Positions 56,921 through 64,000 of a DNA stretch of 64,000 bases are shown here, piece by piece; the stretch's first letter is position 1, and the number at the start of each line of letters is the position of its first letter. Source of the DNA: an uncultured Isosphaeraceae bacterium. GTDB lineage: Bacteria; Planctomycetota; Phycisphaerae; Phycisphaerales; SM1A02. The position numbers and the translations under genes are program-made. Location: NCBI GenBank assembly GCA_964407695.1, contig CAYOWQ010000001.1, positions 374,160 through 438,159 of the forward strand. Reading direction: 5' to 3'. The notes below the pieces were generated by a model. It was not told the origin of the DNA. It worked only from the letters and a program-made list of their open reading frames with translations, and made no database searches.

Positions 56921-58434
56921 ATCACGTTTCGTCAATCCGAATCCGGATCGCCCTTTGCTGGGTCGCCATACTGATTGGCATCGTCTTACACCCGCAGACG
57001 GTCGGTGGGGGCGTTCCTGTTGTCTTTGAAGATCCCCCGGTTCCCGGCCGGGTCATCGTTCGAACGACGTCGGATGAGAATCTGGCGACGTTCCTGGACA
57101 ATTTTTCGGGCCAGTATGAGGATGTCGCAGTTTCCAGGTCGATTGATTCTCGCCGGATCTATCTGATCAGCTACTTGCTCGGAAGTGGGCAAACCCTCCT
57201 CGAGGTGCAGGCATTTCTCGACGGGCAGGTCGGACAAGGAACCTTGAAGTGGGGAGAGCTGGTCTATCAGGGGCAGGCCGCCGAGGGCAAGACCGATGAA
57301 CTGTGGACCGCACAGATCGGAGTTGGCACACGGCAGTTCGAGCAGCAGTATTCATGGAATCTGATCGATGTTTCGCTCGCGCAGTCGAAATCCCGTGGCG
57401 GCGGCACGGTCATCGCGGTGCTTGACACCGGGGTTGACGCAACTCACCCGCTCTTTGAGGGGGCCGTGAAGGCGCAATACGGCTGGAACGTTCTCACAGA
57501 CTCCGACGCCACATTTGAATCCCTGGCTGCGCCTCCGACTGACTCTGACAATGACGGGCTGTTCAACGAGATGGTCGGGCACGGGACTTTTGTCGCGGGC
57601 CTCATCCATCACATGGCGCCAGAAGCGTCCATCATGCCCGTGACGGTGCTTGATACCAACGGCGTCGGTGACACGTTCTCCATCATCGCCGGTATGTATT
57701 ACGCGATCGATCACGGTGTCGAGGTCATCAACATGAGCCTCGGCTCCACTTATCGGATGATAGGTGTTGAGGAAGCTGTGGCAGAGGCCTACGGACTTGG
57801 CATTATCGTGGTGGCCGCCGCGGGAAACTTCAACGTCGATGATCCCCGCGAGAACCCCGCCACGATTTCCGAGTCCATTGGTGTTGCAGCAACGGATTCG
57901 GACGACATCAAGGCGCCGTTCAGCAACTACCACCCCAAACTTGATCTTTGCGCGCCCGGCCACAGCAAGAAGATGGCAGGCAATAACAGCAAATTCGACC
58001 CGGCGAAGTCCATCGTTGGGCCGGTTCCCAACAATGGCTACGCCATCTGGAAGGGCACTTCCTTCTCGACCCCAATGGTGGCTGCTGCAGCGGCGCTGAT
58101 CCGAAGCCAGCATCCGGAGTGGTCGGCGGATGCCGCGACGTCAATCCAGGTGTTGACGGCGTTGCAGGCCGGCTCAGTCGATATCTATCCCAAGAACCCG
58201 GACTACGAAGACGACGAATCGCTGGGTCAGGGTCGGCTTCACGTTGGCAACGCTGTCAATGCAGGCCCTGTGGCGCCCCAGGTGGGCGACTTGAATGCCG
58301 ACGGCATCATTGATGGAGGAGACCTCGGAATTCTCCTGAGCGCATGGGGTGCGGTGCACAGCAGTGCAGACCTTGACGGCAACGGAAAGGTCGACGGCGG
58401 CGACATCGGAATCCTGCTCGCCGCGTGGAGCTAG
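56917..58434 (+). CDS. Secreted S8 subtilisin-family serine protease with a C-terminal twin dockerin-like module
   Basis: GTG 56917 overlaps the CHAT stop (GTGA). Signal/anchor IRIALCWVAILIGIVL. Triad VLDTGVD (nt 57424-57426), HGTFVAG (nt 57580-57582), GTSFSTP (nt 58060-58062). Tail GDLNADGIIDGGDLGILLSAWG..DLDGNGKVDGGDIGILLAAWS. Confidence 0.9.
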   Translation: MNHVSSIRIRIALCWVAILIGIVLHPQTVGGGVPVVFEDPPVPGRVIVRTTSDENLATFLDNFSGQYEDVAVSRSIDSRRIYLISYLLGSGQTLLEVQAFLDGQVGQGTLKWGELVYQGQAAEGKTDELWTAQIGVGTRQFEQQYSWNLIDVSLAQSKSRGGGTVIAVLDTGVDATHPLFEGAVKAQYGWNVLTDSDATFESLAAPPTDSDNDGLFNEMVGHGTFVAGLIHHMAPEASIMPVTVLDTNGVGDTFSIIAGMYYAIDHGVEVINMSLGSTYRMIGVEEAVAEAYGLGIIVVAAAGNFNVDDPRENPATISESIGVAATDSDDIKAPFSNYHPKLDLCAPGHSKKMAGNNSKFDPAKSIVGPVPNNGYAIWKGTSFSTPMVAAAAALIRSQHPEWSADAATSIQVLTALQAGSVDIYPKNPDYEDDESLGQGRLHVGNAVNAGPVAPQVGDLNADGIIDGGDLGILLSAWGAVHSSADLDGNGKVDGGDIGILLAAWS

Positions 58435-58714
58435 GGTCGCGGCGACGCTGATTGACGCGGGGACGAGGCCGGGCGGTCAAGACACCCATTGAGTCCATTG
58501 AGGGCTGGCTTCGGACCCGCCGGTGTCCGGCGCCCGTGGCTGTCATTGCCGTGGGTCTCGCGGTGCGGCCAGGTGGTCTGGTTGAATCCGGGGTCAAGAT
58601 AATTTTGCAGTGGGATGTATCAGCCGCACTTCACCGCGACTCTGCTGGAGCGAAGAGGACAGTCGAGTTGCTCGGCTGAGAAGTGAACAAGAGTGAAAGA
58701 CGAGGATATTTCTC

Positions 58715-61117
58715 ATGAATCATGTGACACGATTAGGCTTCGGCTCATCGTTTCTGTTTATCGCAACGCTCTCGGCGAGCACTGCGCACGCGCAGTTCAC
58801 CATCGACCCGGCCACGAATTTCGTGGTTGGGCAGCAGCCCAGCGACGTGGCTGCAGGCGACTTTGACGGCGACGGGGACGTCGACCTCGCCACCACCATT
58901 GACGCTCCCGATCGCGTTCAGATCCTGCTCTCCTCAGGTGGCACTGCGACCTATTCCCTCGGTCCGGTGTTTGCTCTCCCCGCATCCTCAAGCCCCGGCG
59001 ACATTGTGGCCGGTGATCTCGATGGCGATGGCGACATCGATCTTGCCGTTGCCCTCAAAGACAACAATCAGATCATTGTTCTGAAGAACGCCGCTGGGTC
59101 ATTCTCCACCGCCGGCACGTTTGCCACAGGTGATGAACCGCGCGGGCTCGACATCGCTGACCATGATGGCGATGGCGATCTTGACCTCGCCTGTGCCAAC
59201 CGTAAGAGCGACAATGCCACCGTTCTGACCAATGACGGAACGGGTGCGTTCGCATCCCAGACCATTGCGGCCCAACTCGATCCCAGGGCAGCCTCATTTG
59301 GAAACTTCGATGGCGACGCTGACCTTGATCTTGTGGTCACCAACCACGACAGCCGCACGCTCACGGTCTATACAAACACCAACGGCGCCTTCTCCCAAAC
59401 GGCCGTGCTCTCGGTCGGCACCCTGCGGCGACCGGAGGGGGTAACGACCGCCGATTTCGACGGCGATGGCGACATCGACATTGCAGCCGCTACCAACGGC
59501 AACACCCTTCAGGTCAATAGCGCGACGATTTTCCTCAACAGCGGCGGCACATTTAGTGGTCCGTTCCATTACGCCACGGGCGGCGTTGATACGTCAGACA
59601 TCGCCGCGGCCGACATGGATTGCGATCAGGATATTGACATCGTTGTGGCCAACAACAGCTCAGCCAATATCTCGGTTCTGCCGAATATCGGCGGCGGTGC
59701 CTTTGGAGCGGCTCAACTGTTCGCAACGGGATCTGAACCCGAGAACGTAACACTCGCGGATCTCGACAACGACTCCGATGCCGATATCGCCGTCGCCAAC
59801 AAGGCTTCCAACACCGTCAGCGTGCTCAATAACAAGTGCATTCCGACGGATCCTGGTCAGAATGGCGGGGGCCCCGGCCCTGGACAGGGCGCAAACCCAG
59901 GTCCGGTTGCCGGCTTCAGCATTCCGACAGGCGTTTCGGTCGGTGTAGGCGTGAAGCCCGCCGGGATCACCGACATTGATTTCGACTCCGACGGAGATCC
60001 TGACATGGCCGTCACAGTCGACAACCCCGATCGTGTCCAATTCCTGGTCAACGCCGGCGGCGCATTCAGCCTTGGTGGTGTGATTCTCCTTCCTGTGTCG
60101 TCCAGTCCGGATTCGCTTGTCTCTGGCGATCTGGATGGCGATGGTGACGCCGATCTTGCTGTCACGCTGAAGGACAACAATCAGGTCATGGTTCTCTTGA
60201 ACTCCGGTGGACTCTTCGCCTCGGCGGGTACGTTTGCCACGGGCTCGGAACCGCGCGGTCTCGCCATTGGCGACGTCGACGGCGATGGCGATCTTGATCT
60301 GGCCGTCGCCAACCGATTCTCTGATTCCGCTACCGTGGGCATGAACAATGGATCCGGCTCCTTCACCGCGATCTCACTCGCTGCAGGGGCTCAACCGCGT
60401 GCCGCGGCCATCGGCGACGTCGACGGGGATGGGAATGGCGAGGTCATGGTCTCCAATCATGACAGCCGCACCATCACGGTGTTTGAGCATCAGACGCGCA
60501 ACACCTTTGCCGTTCGAAACACCCTGAATGTTGGCGGACTCGTGCGTCCGGAAGGCGTCATTGCCGCCGACCTGAATGGTGATGGTCTGGCCGACATTGC
60601 CGCCGCGACCAACGGCGACAACCCCGCCTTCGAAACGGTGACGGTCTTCCTGAGCGACGGAACTGCGTTCGGCGCGCCGGCGTTCTATAAGACTGACGGC
60701 ACCAATACGTCGAATCTCAATGTGGCCGATCTCGATTGCGATGGCAGCCTCGACATCATCACCACCAACGAAGTCTCCAACAATGTGTCGCTTCTCGCCA
60801 ACAGTGGCGCTGGTGTCTTCGGTCCGGCGATGCTGCTGCCCACCGGAACGACCCCGCAGGCCGTTGCCGTCGGCGACTTTGATGGTGACTCAGATTCCGA
60901 CTTCGCGACCGCGAATCGTGACAGCAACAATGTCACGGTCTTCACGAACGACAGTTGCTCCGCGATTCCCGGAGACCTGAACGGTGACGGCGCCGTTGAT
61001 GGTTCCGACCTCGGCTTGCTGCTTGCAGACTGGGGCAACGCGGGTGCCGGCGATCTCAATGGTGACGGCACCACCGACGGTGCCGACCTTGGACTCCTCC
61101 TCAGCTACTGGATGTAA
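58715..61117 (+). CDS. Secreted FG-GAP/VCBS repeat protein: two tandem seven-bladed propellers plus a twin dockerin-like module
   Basis: Signal MNHVTRLGFGSSFLFIATLSASTAHA|Q. 14 DxDxDGDxD blade motifs arranged 7+7, separated by the G/P linker IPTDPGQNGGGPGPGQGANPGPVAG (59840-59914). Tail GDLNGDGAVDGSDLGLLLADWG..GDLNGDGTTDGADLGLLLSYW. Confidence 0.88.
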   Translation: MNHVTRLGFGSSFLFIATLSASTAHAQFTIDPATNFVVGQQPSDVAAGDFDGDGDVDLATTIDAPDRVQILLSSGGTATYSLGPVFALPASSSPGDIVAGDLDGDGDIDLAVALKDNNQIIVLKNAAGSFSTAGTFATGDEPRGLDIADHDGDGDLDLACANRKSDNATVLTNDGTGAFASQTIAAQLDPRAASFGNFDGDADLDLVVTNHDSRTLTVYTNTNGAFSQTAVLSVGTLRRPEGVTTADFDGDGDIDIAAATNGNTLQVNSATIFLNSGGTFSGPFHYATGGVDTSDIAAADMDCDQDIDIVVANNSSANISVLPNIGGGAFGAAQLFATGSEPENVTLADLDNDSDADIAVANKASNTVSVLNNKCIPTDPGQNGGGPGPGQGANPGPVAGFSIPTGVSVGVGVKPAGITDIDFDSDGDPDMAVTVDNPDRVQFLVNAGGAFSLGGVILLPVSSSPDSLVSGDLDGDGDADLAVTLKDNNQVMVLLNSGGLFASAGTFATGSEPRGLAIGDVDGDGDLDLAVANRFSDSATVGMNNGSGSFTAISLAAGAQPRAAAIGDVDGDGNGEVMVSNHDSRTITVFEHQTRNTFAVRNTLNVGGLVRPEGVIAADLNGDGLADIAAATNGDNPAFETVTVFLSDGTAFGAPAFYKTDGTNTSNLNVADLDCDGSLDIITTNEVSNNVSLLANSGAGVFGPAMLLPTGTTPQAVAVGDFDGDSDSDFATANRDSNNVTVFTNDSCSAIPGDLNGDGAVDGSDLGLLLADWGNAGAGDLNGDGTTDGADLGLLLSYWM

Positions 61118-61175
61118 CAGGTCCTTCAGCCATTCGGTCTGAAGCGAGTTCGACTCAATCGCTCTTTTCACTTCA

Positions 61176-61213
61176 GCGAGCCCGTCGCGCGTTGCGGCGG
61201 GCTCGCTTTCAAT
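61176..61213 (+). terminator. Intrinsic terminator after the FG-GAP gene
   Basis: GCGAGCCCGTCGC-loop-GCGGCGGGCTCGC (13-bp stem with one G:U pair) followed by TTTCAATTT. Confidence 0.6.
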
Positions 61214-61708
61214 TTGTCGGTGCACACTGGGAGAACCTCCCGTCGGAAGGTTATGTCTCGGGTCGCCTTGGACTCGCATAAGTCGACCAACTCCTCCACG
61301 ACGCAGCCGAAGAGTTGTGGCGATCCAATCAGGTGTGCCAACGCAGGACCGGCGGGTCACGAGGTCGTGGATGCTTCGCCACCGTGCGTCGTGAGATCGA
61401 CGTTGACGCCCGGGCGACGCTGAGCACCGACTCCACTGCCTTCCCTTGAGGACAGCACGATGACTGCTCGACATCCCGCCAAGGTTCTCCTTCCGGGGTA
61501 GCGGTGCGACGATCGACCGTTCCTTGTCGAACATGTTGAATGATCTCATCGGGCGCCTCCATCACTCATGAGGCACGATGACTGATTGCCTCCACGCCTT
61601 TGCGCCATTGAAGTCGCACCGTATGAATGATGAGTCAGAGAAGGCCGTGGGGAATAGATCGAACGGTCTGGGCGACACGACTGTCGCCGGTAGCGTGCGG
61701 AGAATCGC

Positions 61709-63367
61709 CTAGTTATTGCGGGAGAAGTCAATAGCTCTCGCGCCTGAAACCAGCAGCCGAAGTCGATACACCGCGGAGCGTGCGGTGAGGTACAGCGTTC
61801 GTCGGTCCTCGTCGCCCCATGCAAGATTGGCGGCCAACTGCGGCGTCTTGATCATTCCGAGGTGTTTGCCGAGAGGCGAGATGATCCAAACGCCTCCGGG
61901 CCCGCTGCAATACAGATTCCCGCCGGCATCGACCTTGAGACCATCGAGGGCCTCTTCGCCCGGGGCCGACGTCATGTCGAAAAAGACAACTCCATTGGAA
62001 AGCGATCCGTCTTCCCCGACTTGGTATCTCATGATGATCTTGCGATCAGAATCCCAGTTGGTGACATAGAGCAACCTCTCATCCGGAGAGAACGCAATGC
62101 CATTGGGGCCACGCAGGTCAGAGGAGATCAGCTTGAGCGAGCCGTTCTTCAGGCAATAGACGCCGAAATCATCAAGCTCGCGCATGGGGTCGTCATAGAC
62201 ACTCGGAAGGCCGAATGGCGGATCTGTGAAGAACAGAGTTCCATCGGAGCGATACACGAGGTCATTGGGACTGTTGAGGCGCTTCCCAAGAATCCGATCA
62301 GCGAGGACGTCTGTACGTCCCTGGGAATCCAGTCGAACAATGCGGCGATTGCCATGCTGATTGATGGTCAGTCGACCCATGGGATCGAGTGCCAATCCAT
62401 TCGAACCAGGTTGGTGGTAGCGTGAGACATCATCGCCGTCATAGCCGCTCTGCTCAAGAAAGACCTGGAGGCCATCCGCCGGCGACCAGCGATAAATCCT
62501 GTTGGCATTTGGATCGCTGAAGAGCAGATGGCTCGATTCGAAGGTGGTCGCCGGGACCCAGACAGGTCCCTCGCCAAACTGGAGACCTTCGACAATCTGT
62601 TCGACAACGGTTCCTTGAGAAACGATGGAATCCAAGGCGCGATCGACCCGGACGATCTCGGCATCAACCGGCATTGGCGCTACGGCATGGGCGTGCGGAA
62701 AAAGTTCGACCTTCGCATGTCGAATCCAGATGAAGTTTTCGGGGGCCGCCGAGATGGGTCCGTTGATACCGAAGACTGCAACCTCGATCCGCTGGCCCGG
62801 CATGATGCCGTCGCTCAGGACCACCCGGTTCGGGCGGTTCCACCCGGTGATCAAGTTGTCATTCGGACGATTCAGAGTTCGCGACAGGGTCCCGTTGATC
62901 CACACCTCGGCATAGTCATCAACGGTCAAATCGAGTACGGCCGCCATGCCGGAGGCATCGAATCCGTTAACCGTCGACGGCATCGTCAGCGTGGTTCGAT
63001 ACCAATTGAAACACACCTTGCCATTGGCCCTGCGGAGCGAGAGCGAATCTGCCGGGATCGTGGCCCACGAGGAATCATCGAATCCAGCGACTCCTGCCTT
63101 CGGCTCAATGTCATAGGTCGAAACCTCCTGCCCGGTGGGCTTCTGATCCGGTCCGGGAGCGTTGAATGTCGCATCGACGATCCGGACGTCGTGGTATTTC
63201 CACGATGCTTCAAATTGCTTCATTCCTTCGGTGGTCATCAGATCGACCGTGGTCGCAGGAATGCCGGTCGGAACACCAGCGCCGAAGGCGCCATGTTGGA
63301 TGGTGAGGCAACCGAAGCTCAGCATGAGGACTGCTGGTTGAGAAAGTGCACGGGAGCAGCGAGGCAT
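61709..63367 (-). CDS. Secreted SMP-30/gluconolactonase/LRE-family beta-propeller with an N-terminal galactose-binding-like domain
   Basis: Trimmed to ATG 63367 (MPRCSRALSQPAVLMLSFGCLTIQHGAFG signal). N-domain DDSSWATIPA..WYRTTL. C-domain GEGPVW, SNGLALDP, NSPNDLVY, GPNGIAFSPDERLLYVTN. Confidence 0.82.
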   Translation of the reverse strand: MPRCSRALSQPAVLMLSFGCLTIQHGAFGAGVPTGIPATTVDLMTTEGMKQFEASWKYHDVRIVDATFNAPGPDQKPTGQEVSTYDIEPKAGVAGFDDSSWATIPADSLSLRRANGKVCFNWYRTTLTMPSTVNGFDASGMAAVLDLTVDDYAEVWINGTLSRTLNRPNDNLITGWNRPNRVVLSDGIMPGQRIEVAVFGINGPISAAPENFIWIRHAKVELFPHAHAVAPMPVDAEIVRVDRALDSIVSQGTVVEQIVEGLQFGEGPVWVPATTFESSHLLFSDPNANRIYRWSPADGLQVFLEQSGYDGDDVSRYHQPGSNGLALDPMGRLTINQHGNRRIVRLDSQGRTDVLADRILGKRLNSPNDLVYRSDGTLFFTDPPFGLPSVYDDPMRELDDFGVYCLKNGSLKLISSDLRGPNGIAFSPDERLLYVTNWDSDRKIIMRYQVGEDGSLSNGVVFFDMTSAPGEEALDGLKVDAGGNLYCSGPGGVWIISPLGKHLGMIKTPQLAANLAWGDEDRRTLYLTARSAVYRLRLLVSGARAIDFSRNN

Positions 63368-63389
63368 GGAGTTCTCCGTTGAGTGAATC

Positions 63390-64000
63390 TCAGTGTGACG
63401 TGATGGGTTTGACCACAAAGTAGGTGAACGGTTGACCGCCGGAGAGGTCCTTGAACCAATGGGGAATACCGGCCGGCACGACGACAACATCCCCAGCATT
63501 GAGAATCTGAGTGTTGCCGTTGACGATCGAATCACCTCGAATCTCGCCGGGGGCGGTGGTTGCACCATTGACCACCGTGCCGCCAGTCACAAACTCGGCG
63601 GATCCGCTGACGACGTAAACGATGTCGGTCTCATCGAGGTGGACCTCGGCTTGTCCCGGCCGTTCCCGCCGGCTTGCGTGAATCTTGAATTCGTTGTTCT
63701 CAAGGAGAGGTCTGCCGACAGAAAACGCTGAATTGACCTCTTCGGCGGAGAGGTAGGTTACTTCTGCCGACATCGGCATCGTTCCAGCGGCCTGTCGACT
63801 TTCACCGGAATCCGAAGGGGAGTCCACAGCGTTGGCCGCGATGATGGCAAGTTCCTCGTCCTGCTGAGCGCTGGAAGCGCCGCTGACGCCGATCGCGCCG
63901 ATGACCTCGCCGCCAACGACGATCGGTACACCACCCTGGAGCGGTGTGAAATCAGGCAGGGCGGTCATGGCCGTGCGACCCTTGGCAATGATCTCCTCGA
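63390..64000 (-). CDS. GlcG/HbpS (DUF336)-like domain fused to a C-terminal cupin (5' end off window)
   Basis: The frame stays open to the window edge. PIVVGGEVIGAIGVSGASSAQQDEELA is the GlcG C-terminal motif. The cupin part has DIVYVVSGSAEFVTGG..AGDVVVVPAGIPHWF. Confidence 0.7.
   Translation of the reverse strand, partial: EEIIAKGRTAMTALPDFTPLQGGVPIVVGGEVIGAIGVSGASSAQQDEELAIIAANAVDSPSDSGESRQAAGTMPMSAEVTYLSAEEVNSAFSVGRPLLENNEFKIHASRRERPGQAEVHLDETDIVYVVSGSAEFVTGGTVVNGATTAPGEIRGDSIVNGNTQILNAGDVVVVPAGIPHWFKDLSGGQPFTYFVVKPITSH

Noticed and set aside
58452-58679. 75-aa ORF between the subtilase and FG-GAP genes
   Set aside because: It has a non-ATG start, no RBS and an Arg/Gly/Ala-rich product. 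The spacer more likely holds the FG-GAP promoter.
60890-61549. 219-aa reverse-strand ORF downstream of the FG-GAP gene
   Set aside because: Its C-terminal third is antisense to the FG-GAP dockerin region and it crosses the terminator hairpin. Its composition is Arg/Ser-rich, so it is probably spurious.
1-64000. CRISPR arrays, IS elements or prophage genes
   Set aside because: I noticed no regularly spaced direct repeats, terminal inverted repeats with a transposase, or phage structural/integration genes while reading. This was not an exhaustive computational repeat search.

Overview
GC-rich, densely coding segment: about 52 CDS, one tRNA-Gly(GCC) and a few intrinsic terminators. I saw no rRNA, CRISPR array, transposase, integrase or phage genes. 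Tandem DUF1559/H-X9-DG prepilin-like proteins, dockerin-tagged secreted proteins and an ECF sigma module suggest Planctomycetota (inference only). Left to right: ABC-2 permease/ATPase, RidA, a 750-bp ORF-poor gap, two prepilin-like paralogs, NfeD-NfeD-FloA-GT2-flippase-like string, TerC, ExbB-ExbD-ExbD, a FliB-like YkgJ protein, an atypical Opp-like ABC locus, GT4, tRNA-Gly, an operon of an acidic unknown protein plus two YkgJ proteins, LivFGMHK, SLC13 permease, NadA, a 1362-aa AsmA/TamB-like protein, Nif3, PhoH2, MutY, YhhQ, RND pump with adaptor, GatCA and a ROK kinase. The best candidate for an undescribed system is 52.6-61.1 kb: ECF sigma, an anti-sigma-like protein with no membrane anchor, a cytoplasmic TPR-CHAT caspase-like protease coupled by a GTGA overlap to a secreted subtilase, then a secreted double seven-bladed FG-GAP propeller. 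The subtilase and the propeller end in the same twin dockerin-like module. Secondary candidates are the acidic-protein plus paired-YkgJ operon (25.4-27.6 kb), the Opp-like locus with three permeases and one ATPase, and two ORF-poor regions carrying short repeats (1.6-2.4 kb and 61.2-61.7 kb). All family calls come from reading motifs in the supplied translations. No database search was run.
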